DNA from: an uncultured archaeon
GTDB taxonomy: Archaea; Thermoproteota; Nitrososphaeria; Nitrososphaerales; Gagatemarchaeaceae
Assembly (NCBI GenBank): GCA_963799775.1
Contig: CAWCYD010000003.1
Coordinates: 128,001-192,000, forward strand
Reading direction: 5' to 3'
Length of the DNA: 64,000 nucleotides
In this document: one piece after another, positions 20,020-30,746 of the stretch
Layout of the letters: each line of letters starts with the position of its first letter
Position numbering within the stretch: the stretch's first letter is position 1
Made by a program: the position numbers and the translations under genes
The notes under the pieces: generated by a model
Seen by the model: only the letters and a program-made list of their open reading frames with translations
Told to the model about the DNA's origin: nothing
Databases searched by the model: none

Positions 20020-22701
20020 GCAAGACAAACGAGAACAAGCAGGCTTCGTTCGCAAGCATCCACGTGGTGGGTCTGGGGGGAACCGGGACCAACGTCATCC
20101 AGGCTTTCATCGAGAGCGACAGGGCCTTCAATCTCCTGACCTCTGAAGATTTCAACATCGCCTGCCTCTCAGTCGACGTCGCCGACGCCGACATCGCGAA
20201 CCTGGTCAACTCCTACAAGAACACCCAGGCCAAGCTAGAGGCGAAGGGTGTCTCGGTAGACAGACTCTGGGTGAGGGGCCTGAACATGAAGTTCAACACC
20301 CCGGAGGCTCTCTTCGAGTTCATGGGCAAGTACAACACCTATCTCATGAAGGAGGGCATAGTCGCGACAAACTACAAGCCGTGGGTCGCCTCGTCCATGA
20401 CGATCCCGCCTCTCGCCGGCGGAGTAGGGAGGATGAGGGCTCTCAGCAAGGCCGTCTACGCCCTGAACTACTACCACTACAGCGAGCTCAACAGCGCGAT
20501 CTCGGTCTTCAAGGACAGGGTGCTCACGTCGAAGTTCCAGCCTATCGTCGTCCTCGTCTTCGGTCTCGGCGGCGGGACAGGCAGCGGCATGGTCTTCGAT
20601 TTTGCAAGGCACCTGCGAGCCAAGCTGGGCTCCTCGGTCCCGATAATCGGCCTCGCGATACTCCCGAGCGCGGCCGACGACCTCCTCGCGAGGGGGCCCG
20701 CGCCCTACAACGCGCTCATGGAGGCAGAGCTCCTCTTCAACAGGAAGCTCAACGAGCAGGTCGCGAAGAAGTACGGGGCCGCGTACGCCAATCCTTTCAA
20801 CTCCATGTTCTTCGTGCCTCTCGACCCGGTCTACAACAACAGGAACAACCTGGTCACCGCGAAGAAAGAGCTTGACGAGTCGATCATCGACATCCTCAGC
20901 ATGTTCATGAGGTTCGACCTCGCCGACCTCATGAGCAGGGTCGGCACAAACAACGACTTTGGGGCCAACTGGGCGCACACGATGGCGTACCTGCGCATCA
21001 GATATCCCGTCCAGGACTACATCGACTACATGCACGAGTACCTGAAGCTCCTGGAGACTCTGGGCACCTTCATGGAGGCGAAGAGGGAGGCGCTCACCAC
21101 GATCAACGAGGCGATGAAGAACAGGTTCGTCGCTCTGAAGAACCTATACAAGCGGAACCTGATCCAGTCCAACAACTACCGACCCGACTCGTTCGACTCT
21201 GAGGTCGAAGAGGTGATACGCAGGGCAGGGAAGTTCGAGGCAGAGTTCAGGAAGCAAGTCCGAGGACTCGAGGACTTCGCGCTCCACTACAACCAGAGGT
21301 GGAGCAAGGCTCCTCCAAGCGATGGCCTTCGGCCCGGAGACGGTGGAGTTCAGCGTCGTGCAGAGCCTCACGCACTTCCACCAGCAGATCTCGAACCTCG
21401 GGGCGAACTACGAGCAGTTCCTCAAGGACATCCCTCTCTACACAACCGAGCTTGAGAACAGCATTACGGCGAGCAAGTTCCTCACGTCTAGCCAGATCAG
21501 GCAGGTCAGGAGCTACCTGAGCTTTGTCAACCTTATCGCCACGTCTCTCGAGACGCTCAACCTCTACATCCGAGCAAAGGGCCTCGCAGACGAGGTCGCG
21601 GTCCTCTACGCGAAGGACGAGAGCAAGGAAGGGCGGATGGCTGCTTCAAAGGGCGAGACGGATCTGCTGCCTCTCTACAAGGCGGCCGGCTACATCCTCA
21701 ACCGTCCAGAGACCGAGATCAAGGTCTCCGACCAATACATCCCGGGCATCAGGATCGTCAAGAAGGGGTTGGACGACACCTTCAGGGAAGCCAGCGCCTC
21801 CCTAGAGTCTACCGAGAGGCTGCTAGCCCAGAAGGAGCAGGACATCTCGAGGCTCAACAAGGAGATGGACAAGATAAAGCTCGACGTCAGCGGGAAGAAG
21901 AAGCTATTGAAGCGCACGCAGGATTCGCTGCAGAACGAGGTGGAAGCGGTCCGGGCGGGGATAGAGGGTCAGAGATCAGACAGGGACAAGATGCGGGCAG
22001 ACCTGGACAAGCTGACCGAGTTGGAGAAGGCGCTCGAGATCACCTCCCCCTACAGGAAGATACTGGCGACCGTCGTCAACAAGACCTCCGAGCTCAACAG
22101 CCTGATGAGCGGCATCACGAACACAGGAAGCTACTACGAGAGGGTCGTGGAGCTCAGCGAGGTAGAGCAGGTCAAGATAATGGAGAGGATTCTCCGCGAG
22201 GACGAGGAGAGCCTCAAGGGAGACTCCATCCTCAAGGAGATAGTGGACAGAGAGAGGTTCCGGAGCATAGTGAAGAGCTACATCCGCATCTTCAGCGTCC
22301 CCAACTACCCCGGCCTCGCTGACACCTACAGGTCAGACCTGATCTGGGCCACCGTAGGCATCCCACCCGGACTATGGGACCAAGAGCTCCAGGGCGCGCT
22401 CACGAGCACGCTCAACGTCTACTCCAGCGTCGAGGCGAGCAAGAGCATCTCCCTTAGGCAGATTCCCCAGATGGACGCCTGGACGATCACATTCCTGGTA
22501 ATAATGGCAAAGGCCAGGATCGACCAGATAGAGAAGTTCCCATCCATGAAGAACGACATGGAAGGCGTGCAAAAGTCGGAGAGGCTTCTGTTCAGGAGCT
22601 TCCTGCTCGAGCAAGGGTTGGGGAGCCTCGACGAACTGATAGCGAAGTTCGAAGAGAGAAGCGCGGCACAGTCAGCGAGAGCTAGAGAAAGGGAGGCCTG
22701 A
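20016..22701 (+). CDS. FtsZ/tubulin-superfamily GTPase (Tubulin_2/FtsZl1-like) with long coiled-coil insertion; frameshift near 21312
   Basis: VGLGGTG (T1), GGVGRMR (T3), GLGGGTGSG (T4 signature) and FDLADL (T7); long helical region with heptad-rich stretches. Confidence 0.85.
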
Positions 22702-24962
22702 TGGACCAGATTGAGAGCAGGTCACGCGCACGGGTCACTGCCTACACCTCAGCCCTGATTATCGCCATCGCGTCAGCGGTATACCTGGTAGTCGTCCCGT
22801 TCCTTCCGGCAGCGCCCGTAGTCCCCGTGCTCGTAGGGGCCGGCCTTGGTGCTCTCTCCCTGAAGAACAGAGGGATAGCGATAGCGACGCTCTATCTGCT
22901 GTTCTACTTCTCTGTGCTCTGGCAGCTGATCGGCTTCGGCTTCTTCCAGCTCCTTTCTGACGGGATCGGCGTCGCGGTGCTCCTCGCGATGGCGGCGCCC
23001 CTTTTGCCTTTCATGGCCAAACGGGTGGAGCTCGGGTCGATGGCTCTCGCGGTCCTCGCGGTGGCGCTCATGCTCACTCCGGCGTACTTCGTCTCGGTCC
23101 CGCTCTTGGCGGCGGCCGCCTTGACCTTCGGCGGGTTCGCGAGCCTCGAGGCGCTCGCGGCCACGTTCATCCTGTTCCTGACCCCGTTCCTGCTGCTGGA
23201 GAACGCCTTGTACTTCACGACGAGCAGCGGCGCGACCACGCCGATCGTCTTCAGCCAGTTCTCCCTCCTTGAGCAGAACTTCAGGCCGTCGCTCCCTGGA
23301 TTCAACGTCCTTCTTACCGGGCTCCCGGCCAACTACCTCTCGCATTCCGCGCTCCCTGTCTCGATATGGCTCTCGCAGAACGCAGGGGTGCTCTTGATCC
23401 CGATCGCGATACTCGGGGTGGTCCTCGTCGCCTCGTCGTCTATCGGGGGAGTCGCGCGCACCCTCGTCGAGAGGTTCCAGAGGTCTAGGGAGATGACCGG
23501 AAAGCTGAAGCTCGTCTTGGCTCCCTTGGTGGTCGCCGTCGTCGTCCCGACCGTCTTCATCGCTCTCCTGCTGGTGCTCTCCCGTCCTGGCAGCGGCGGC
23601 TTCCAGACTGCCCTCAGCAACGACCCTTCGCACCTCCAGGTCGTCTACATGTTGGGTTCCTCGTTCTTGTTGACGACATCCTTCATCGGCCGCGAATCGC
23701 TAATACTCAGGCTCGAGAGCGTCCAGGTGGGCACCGAGGGGCTCGAGACGCTTCTCGGCCTCTGCCAATCAAAGCTGGAAGGCGTCCAGGACCTGATAGG
23801 GATCCTCTCGAGGCGCGTGCCATCTATGAGCCTCAGCGGTGAGAGGCAGTCGATGTCTGAATATGCGGCCTACATGGGCGACGTCCGCAGGCAGATAGTT
23901 GGGGCGGGCGGGGGGACGATAGCGCAGTTCCAGACCCAGCTCGAGGCCACGGTGCTAAAGCCGCTCACCGAGGAGCCAGACCATCTTCGGAGGAGGGTCG
24001 CGAGCGAGATCAGGGGACTTGTCTCCGCCACCGCCACCGCGAACAACCATCTGGAACAAGCCGAAGTCTCACTGAGATATCCGGACATCCAGGACATCTC
24101 AGACGACATGCAGCTCGATGAGCTGATTGGCGCGTATGAAGCGGCCACCTCGAGAATAAGGAAGGTCACAGGAGAGCTCTCCGACCTCTACGTGAGAGAG
24201 TCGGCAGCCCTCGACGTCATGATGGGCCAGGAAGAGGTCCACCTTCCGGTCAGCGCCTCGGCGCTCCTCGAGTCGAACGAGTACGTGGGCGCGATGAGAC
24301 TGGTGGCGGAAGAGTACTGGCTCAATTTCTATCTGCGCTGGGCGGAGCAACTGGATCAGAAGAAGTCGCTCCTCCTGGAGAACACGAGAGCCCTCGAACC
24401 CGCGGTCGGGGAGGAAGACAAGATCCGGCTCCATGGGATAGAGAAGGTCGTGGAGGCGGCAAAGCCTGCGACCTCGAGCGCGACCCTGGAGGGTCTGCGC
24501 GAGCTTCGCGCCATGATAGAGACGGTCGTCACGCAGATGGCCTCAGGTTCGGACAGGGTAGGACAGATGCTCGAGTCCCTCGAGCTCAAGTCGATCACCG
24601 GTGTGAGGTTCGAGACGATGAACAGGCTGAGCGAGGTCGTCGAGCTGAAGAAACGGCTCGAGAGGGTTGGCGTGACCTTCGACAGCCTCACGCGCTTCCT
24701 CGGTGACGCGGTGAGCGTCCTCAAGAGCCAGAGCGAGGCGTGGAAGACTGACCGCGAGAACCTGATCGTCCTCGCACAATACCCGCTGGCGAGGAAGATA
24801 ATCGAGAAGATGCTGAAGGGGCAGGGCAGCCTTGCCCTCTCGAAGCTGCCATACCAGAAGAGGGCGGCGGCCCTCTATGCCCAGCTCTACGCGTCGGCTA
24901 GCGCAGGGATAGAATACGACGTCGAGGGCGAGAGCCTCAAGGTGGCTGGAGAACATGGCTAA
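22701..24962 (+). CDS. Polytopic membrane protein (about 9 TM) with large cytoplasmic helical C-terminus
   Basis: Hydrophobic N-terminal ~330 aa and amphipathic helical remainder; start overlaps the upstream stop. Confidence 0.8.
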   Translation: MDQIESRSRARVTAYTSALIIAIASAVYLVVVPFLPAAPVVPVLVGAGLGALSLKNRGIAIATLYLLFYFSVLWQLIGFGFFQLLSDGIGVAVLLAMAAPLLPFMAKRVELGSMALAVLAVALMLTPAYFVSVPLLAAAALTFGGFASLEALAATFILFLTPFLLLENALYFTTSSGATTPIVFSQFSLLEQNFRPSLPGFNVLLTGLPANYLSHSALPVSIWLSQNAGVLLIPIAILGVVLVASSSIGGVARTLVERFQRSREMTGKLKLVLAPLVVAVVVPTVFIALLLVLSRPGSGGFQTALSNDPSHLQVVYMLGSSFLLTTSFIGRESLILRLESVQVGTEGLETLLGLCQSKLEGVQDLIGILSRRVPSMSLSGERQSMSEYAAYMGDVRRQIVGAGGGTIAQFQTQLEATVLKPLTEEPDHLRRRVASEIRGLVSATATANNHLEQAEVSLRYPDIQDISDDMQLDELIGAYEAATSRIRKVTGELSDLYVRESAALDVMMGQEEVHLPVSASALLESNEYVGAMRLVAEEYWLNFYLRWAEQLDQKKSLLLENTRALEPAVGEEDKIRLHGIEKVVEAAKPATSSATLEGLRELRAMIETVVTQMASGSDRVGQMLESLELKSITGVRFETMNRLSEVVELKKRLERVGVTFDSLTRFLGDAVSVLKSQSEAWKTDRENLIVLAQYPLARKIIEKMLKGQGSLALSKLPYQKRAAALYAQLYASASAGIEYDVEGESLKVAGEHG

Positions 24963-26000
24963 GTGCCCCAACGGCCACGAGCAGCGTCTGGGGCTCAGAT
25001 GCGACTCCTGCGGGGCGGAGATCTCGTACAGGCAGTCCGTCTCCGAGCTTCTCGAGCTCCCAAAGGTCAACCCTGATTATGGCAAGATCTCGGTGCTCAT
25101 GGTCGGATGCCCGAAGCTTGCTGTGAAGGCCGACTACGTCGGTGAGATTTCCGTCGCGCAGGCCGACGCCCAGACCTCGACCTCTTTCCAGGTCGCAGGC
25201 ATCCGCGGGGGGAGCTGGCTAGACTTTCAGACAAAGTATGCGGACCAACTCAGAAGATGGATGAATCTCGTAGGGGTCGGAAGGTCGAGAGACAGAATCC
25301 TCGTCGTCGACACCACAGACCCAATCGCGGTCCTCGCCCTCTCTGCTCTCCCGCCCCTCGATCACTCGGCGCTTGTGGCCATCGTTGCGGACCAGGACTC
25401 CACGCCGGTCGAGCAGAACACGAGCTATGTCGCCCTCTCGCTTGCCTTGAAGAAGGGCATACCCGTGATCGCTCTCTCCGAGACGTTCGAGAGGGAGATG
25501 CTATTCTTCACCGAAGATCGAGGCTTCGCAACCAGCGGTGACGCGCTCTCCAGGCTCCTCGAACCCCTCATCTCGGCGGCGGACGACCTGATGGACATCC
25601 TTCAGAGGGACATGAAGCTCGGCATAAGCATGCACTCCCTCTCTGCGATACTTTCCGGGTCGAAAGCTGTCTACGGGATCGCCACGAACGCCTTCCTCGC
25701 TCAAAGTTACGGGATATCGATCGCTGGAGAGAAGACCGACTACCAGACGGTCCATGCCCTAGTCTTCTCGAGGGGCGCCGACAGGAGCGAGTTCGAGAAG
25801 GGCTTCGTGGCACCTTCAGGAACAGGAAGTTCAAGGGCGCTCTAAGCGCGGAGTTCCGCTTCCGAGAGACGCAGTCGCAGCTCTACGACATGATGACGAT
25901 CTATGGCATGGCGAACAAGTCGGCGCTGCAGGGTATCTCGAGCGGATACCAAGCGATCGTCAAGAGCCTGCCTGAGCTAAAGGCCGAAGGGGTGTCCTGA
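24955..26000 (+). CDS. Zn-ribbon plus probable degenerate tubulin-fold protein; frameshift near 25812
   Basis: CPNGH..CDSC N-terminus; the shifted frame continues FRNRKFKG...to TGA at 26000; weak tubulin-like segments but no GGGTGSG. Confidence 0.6.
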
Positions 26001-26005
26001 CTGCA

Positions 26006-26796
26006 ATGGCCGATACCACGGACCAGGGCCGCACACCGGCTAGCAAGTCGCGCGTATACAAGCTCGTCTCGGCATCTTACCGCGACCAGGCATACGACGA
26101 TGGCATCCTACTCCTTGATCCAGCCAAGAGAGAGATAGAGCTCCGGCAACTGGCGGGCAGGAGGAAGAAGAGGAGACTGTGGTCGCGAGGTTCCGGGCTG
26201 ATCCTGACGCCGAGCTAGAGGCTGACGGGGCGGCGCTCAAGATCTCAGACCTCTCGATCACGCTTGAATCGCCTGCCGTGGCAATGGAGATAGTGGAGCT
26301 CCTGGGACGTCCAGAGACGAATAGCGAGGGACTGGGACAGCTCGCGCGAGCCGAGTCGGCGGTAACCGGCTTTCTCAAAACCCGTGAGGAGGCGATGAGA
26401 TTCTTCGCGTGGGCGAAGGTCTCTCCCCGAGAAGCGCTCCTCAGCAAGGAGTCAGAGCTCCCGTTCGACACTACGAAAGACCCTCTAGATGTGGTATACT
26501 CCAGCTACTCCACGCGCCTGAGCGAGTCTCTCGACAGGATGAACCTCTCTCTAGGAGAGGCGGAAACGCTCCTGGGCCCGAAAGCGGTAGAGCGTCTCTA
26601 CGCGCTCGCCTACACGATAGGCCAGGTCCAGAACTCCTTGTTCGAGGGCCAGCCCGACCTCGCCAAAGAGGTCGGGTGCCTTGCAGAACTCGGCGTCGTA
26701 GCGACCGCCCAAGACCTCCGGGATGAGAAACTCGCCGAGGAGCTCATGCTGAGAGCCCACAAGGGGCTTGAAGCGATGATCCCCAGCGCTTCTTGA
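26006..26796 (+). CDS. Hypothetical protein (beta-rich N-terminus, helical C-terminus); frameshift near 26170
   Basis: ORFs 26006-26218 and 26179-26796 join; starts 5 bp after the previous gene. Confidence 0.6.
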
Positions 26797-26814
26797 GGAA
26801 GAGGGACCGGCCGA

Positions 26815-28070
26815 CTATCCAGCGGACGTCGTCGCCGGCGGTGGGGGCCTCGCGGTGGGCACGACGTTGATCGTCATCGCGGTCGTCCCCCTCATGATGC
26901 CCACGGCCAAGGTGTGGCCGACTGCGGCGTGCTCCTCAAGGTATGAGGCGAGCGCGTCGTGGTTGAGTATCCGGGTCCCGTTTATCGAGACTATCACGTC
27001 TCCCCCGACCAGATACGGCCCTCCTTCAACGGTGGCCTGCTTCGTCCCGGCGTGAATGCCCGCGGCGGCCGCATGGACTCCAGCGACGACGTCCTCGATG
27101 AGCACGCCGTAGGTCACGTTGTTGCCGTTCGCCTGAGCGAGCTGGTAGAACATGTCAGCCGTGCCTATGCCCAGGTACGGGTGCTCGCTGTAGGTCCCCG
27201 TTCGCTATCAGAGAGGAGAGCTCCCTGGTCACCGTGTCGGAGGGGATCGCGAACCCGACGCCGACCGAGCCGTTTATCGTCGCTGTAGTCAGACCGATCA
27301 CCTGCCCGCCGGAATTGAACAAAGGCCCGCCAGAGTTGCCCGGGTTTATCGGTGCGCTGAACTGGATGATGTCCGCTATGGAGAAATTACCTGCGGTGAC
27401 CTCCGTGATTGTCCTTCCGAGTTGGCTCACCACTCCGACTGTGAGAGAGCCCGTAAGGCCGAACGGATTGCCTATCGCCGCTACCGGGTCTCCGACTTGG
27501 ACCGCCGAAGACGGCGAGAGCGTCAACAGGTGGAACTCTGATGCGGGCGCGCTCGGAACCTTGACCACCGCCAGGTCGCTGTATGGGTCAGTCCCCACGA
27601 CGCTCGCCGGGTAGGAGTCCCCGTTCCAGAAGGTGACCGTCATGTTCTGTGCGCCGTCGACCACGTGGTAGTTTGTGACGACGTAGTTCGCTCCGCCATA
27701 GGTCATGGCGAAGCCCGACCCGAGTGACCTCCTCTTGCACCGTCTGAGAGCCGAAGAAGACGTTCACGTTGGCGGTGATGTACCCGTCTACGGTCACTAT
27801 GCTCTCGTTGGCGCTCGTGTAGATCTGTTCGGCGTTGATGCTCACGTTAGATGTGCTCCCTCCAACCGACGTCGAGCCACCGCTGCCTCCGCCGAGCGTC
27901 ATGGTCGCGGTGGAGGTGGTGGTCGAGGTGACCGTTTGCGCTGATGCGGCAGGCGTCCTTCCCGGAACGAGATAATACGTTGCGCCCGCGCCTAGCGCGG
28001 CAGCGAGCAGAATGAGGATTGCGATTCCTGCCACCTTGCCGGCACCTATCCCTCTTGACGGGTAGTCCAT
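26815..28070 (-). CDS. htrA: HtrA/DegP-like serine protease with PDZ domain and N-terminal TM; frameshifts near 27200 and 27722
   Basis: TNYHVV, SDLAVV and INPGNSGGPL catalytic triad; PDZ GDVIVSING. Confidence 0.9.
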
Positions 28071-28218
28071 TTTCAGCTTGTCTCTCCTGTGATGCTTTGC
28101 CTCCTCGAGTTGGGAGTTTATTAGCCCGATTGGTGCATTTCTCTATCTCTGTTACGCTCCATGTCGCATGACTGTGTTCTGCGGTCCTAATGGCGAGTTC
28201 CGCCGTCGTTCGGGGGCC

Positions 28219-28650
28219 TCAACCTTCCAAAGGCCCGATGACGAAGATAGCGACAAGCAGCATCGTCAGGACCAGCGCAGTTATCCCCACGTATGCGAGG
28301 TCTCTCTCCTCGAGGAAAAGGATTACAGAGACCGCGACCCTGACGATAGGGGTCGCCACCAGAAACAAGGTCCCCATCTCCAGTATCGCGACGGGCTCCA
28401 AGTGTTCGATTTCCCCTAGCAGGACCGACAAGTTCAGCACAGGCCGTCCGAAGCCGCTGGTCAACACGCCTTGCAGCGAAGGTGGAGAGCCCGAGGGGGG
28501 TGCAACCAGCACGAGGACCATGCCGAGCGCCAAGACCGTTGCGCTGAGGAGGGCCCGAACCTCAGGGTCTTGGCTATCGCGACGTTGAGGTCGACCTCCT
28601 TTCTCTCTGACCTCAACGAGCGGCTCCCATGTAGACCATCTCAGCCCCAA
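28219..28650 (-). CDS. DUF1634-like membrane protein
   Basis: LVATPIVRVAVS...EERD..YVGIT; usual partner of TauE. Confidence 0.75.
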   Translation of the reverse strand: MGLRWSTWEPLVEVREKGGRPQRRDSQDPEVRALLSATVLALGMVLVLVAPPSGSPPSLQGVLTSGFGRPVLNLSVLLGEIEHLEPVAILEMGTLFLVATPIVRVAVSVILFLEERDLAYVGITALVLTMLLVAIFVIGPLEG

Positions 28651-29476
28651 AGGCGATCAACACGATGATGAACAAGATCCGGATGGAAGCAGGGCTCGAC
28701 CGGATCAGCAGTCTCGCACCGAGCAAAGAACCCAGGACCACGCCGAGCGCTGCAGGGGCGGCCAAGAGGACGTTGACGTAGCCGTTGACGTAGAGGATGC
28801 CCGTGCTTGCGGTCGCCGTGACGCCGATCATGAAGTTGCTGGTCGTCGTGGAGACCTTGAAGGGCAGCCTCATCATCCTGTCCATCCCAAGCACCTTCAA
28901 GATCCCTCCTCCCACCCCCAAGAGCCCAGAGAGGACACCGGCCAGGAAGATGACAGCGAAGCCTCCGGGGACCTGGGTCGCGGCGTACCTTATGGTCCTC
29001 GATAGGGCCTTGTCGTGGTATTCCCCTTCGAGCTTCAGACGTCGCGCGATGCCGCTCGGCTCCCGGACGACCTGCGATTCGTCCTGTCGCGTGCGAGCAC
29101 TTTGAAAGACGTTGTAAGCGGAGTAGAACAGGACGAGGCCGAAGACGATGAATATCATCCAGCTGAGGCCGCTCCTCACGATGTATAGCGTGGCCGCCAC
29201 CCCCACAATGGAGCCAAGGACGGACCCGACCTCGAGGAACATCCCTATCCTGAGGTTCGTTATCCTGTCTCTCACGTAAGCCGAGGCGGAACCGCTCGAG
29301 GTGGCGATGGTCGAGATGATGCTCGCACCGATGGCGTACTCGAGAGGAACTCCGAACCCCACTGTGAGCGCCGGGACGACGAGGATCCCGCCTCCCACTC
29401 CGACGATCGCGCCTATGAGCCCCGCGAAGACCGCGACGATGAGCATCAGGACTAGGTACTCATCGATGCCTACCAC
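28613..29476 (-). CDS. Sulfite exporter TauE/SafE family protein
   Basis: GVGGG repeated twice; STTTSNFMIGVTA. Confidence 0.92.
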   Translation of the reverse strand: MVGIDEYLVLMLIVAVFAGLIGAIVGVGGGILVVPALTVGFGVPLEYAIGASIISTIATSSGSASAYVRDRITNLRIGMFLEVGSVLGSIVGVAATLYIVRSGLSWMIFIVFGLVLFYSAYNVFQSARTRQDESQVVREPSGIARRLKLEGEYHDKALSRTIRYAATQVPGGFAVIFLAGVLSGLLGVGGGILKVLGMDRMMRLPFKVSTTTSNFMIGVTATASTGILYVNGYVNVLLAAPAALGVVLGSLLGARLLIRSSPASIRILFIIVLIAFGAEMVYMGAAR

Positions 29477-29549
29477 GAGCTCTCTTCTCGGATTCTCTCC
29501 CCAGCATAATTAAGCGTGAATTATGGAGATTGCACGCCGTCAGGAGTCT

Positions 29550-29849
29550 TTAGATCACTTCGATCGACGACTCGGAGAACCCGTGCTTGACTAGGATCTC
29601 GACCACCCTGTCCCTGTGGTCCCCCTGAAGAAGCACGATCCCGTCTTTGACCGTCCCTCCCGTAGCGAGCATCTTCTTCATCTTCGTGCCCAACTCTTGG
29701 AGGTCCTTCTCGTTCATCTTGAGCCCCTCGACCACTGTGGTGGGCTTCCTGAATCTTCGCATCTCCATCCTCACCTTCACCCTCGCCTCTTCCCGGTCAA
29801 GCTCAGCGACGATGTCGTCGAAGCCCTCGTCCTCCCCTGCGCTGCTCAC
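29550..29849 (-). CDS. sui1: Translation initiation factor SUI1 (aIF1)
   Basis: KPTTVVEGL..LATGGTVKDG..LQGDHR. Confidence 0.93.
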   Translation of the reverse strand: MSSAGEDEGFDDIVAELDREEARVKVRMEMRRFRKPTTVVEGLKMNEKDLQELGTKMKKMLATGGTVKDGIVLLQGDHRDRVVEILVKHGFSESSIEVI

Positions 29850-30032
29850 TGGTGAATCACGGTGCTTCGTATTATACTATTAAGACTTGGGGTGGAGCCC
29901 CTTGTGAAAGTGTTCCCGCTTGCGACTCGACTCGCTGGCAAAGTGACCAAACGGAAACAGTTCATCGCCCGGAATTGCGGCCGCGCGCCCATATTGATTT
30001 ATTAACTGCACACAGGGTTCGCCGCAAGAGTC

Positions 30033-30145
30033 GGGCCCGTAGCTCAGTAGTCGACAGGCGACTGGGCAATCTGGTCAGAGCGACCGGCTCATACCAGTAA
30101 TTGGGAGACACCGGTCGGTCGAGCGTCCGAATCGCTCCGGGCCCA
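30033..30145 (+). tRNA. tRNA with CAT anticodon (probably Ile2) and two introns (30048-30069 at 15/16; 30094-30109 at 37/38)
   Basis: GGGCCCG/CGGGCCC-A acceptor, GCTC/GAGC D-stem, ACCGG/CCGGT anticodon stem, GAGCG/CGCTC T-stem; relaxed BHB motifs; TTTATTAA upstream. Confidence 0.88.
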
Positions 30146-30649
30146 CTTCTTTTTCTCGAGTCGGTTCCGTTCGCACCTTGGTTCTTGGGTTAATCTAAGA
30201 GGGTGGGCGGTTATTAAGAGGACCAACAATAATTCATGATGGGTCATATCTTTACCCGGGCGGAACGGGCAAAGGGTGGAACTAATTCTTACATTAAGCA
30301 CCCGGAATTGAAAGTTCTCCACGCTCGCAGTCTAACTCATTCCTCCGAAATTCAACGAGCAAGGAGGTACGCACAATTGGAATACGAGGAAGGAATCGCG
30401 AATGAGCTGAGAGCCAAAGGATGGGTGGTCTTCTCGCCGACGGTTGTGTGTGACCGTGTTGGAGTGAAAGACGACAGGGTATTCTTCTTGGAATTCAAGA
30501 GAACGGGTCAAGTCCTACGACCGTCTCAACAATTAATACATGATATGGTTCCTCGAATGTGCAGGATTATCTACAAAGATTCCTAGATGGTCGGCTTCAC
30601 CTTGTGCGATTGAGCGAATGCGGGTCGAGCGTCCGAATCGCTCCGGGCC
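30117..30649. mobile_element. Miniature tRNA-integrated islet flanked by 27-bp direct repeats
   Basis: GGTCGAGCGTCCGAATCGCTCCGGGCC at 30117-30143 (tRNA 3' end) and at 30623-30649. Confidence 0.75.
30236..30586 (+). CDS. Small PD-(D/E)xK nuclease (Hjc/VRR-NUC-like)
   Basis: YEEGIANELRAKGWVV..CDRVGVKD..FFLEFK..LRPSQ. Confidence 0.65.
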   Translation: MMGHIFTRAERAKGGTNSYIKHPELKVLHARSLTHSSEIQRARRYAQLEYEEGIANELRAKGWVVFSPTVVCDRVGVKDDRVFFLEFKRTGQVLRPSQQLIHDMVPRMCRIIYKDS

Positions 30650-30746
30650 TATCACCTATCCCACCGGTCTTTGGCATCAACGACGCAAAAGTGCGGCTGA
30701 TCTGCTAGCAAGCGTTTTATCGATAGCGAGCCTGATAATCGTCAGG

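Noticed and set aside
20016-22701. Canonical cell-division FtsZ, CetZ or artubulin
   Set aside because: It is more than twice the usual length, has a large helical insertion and lacks division-gene context.
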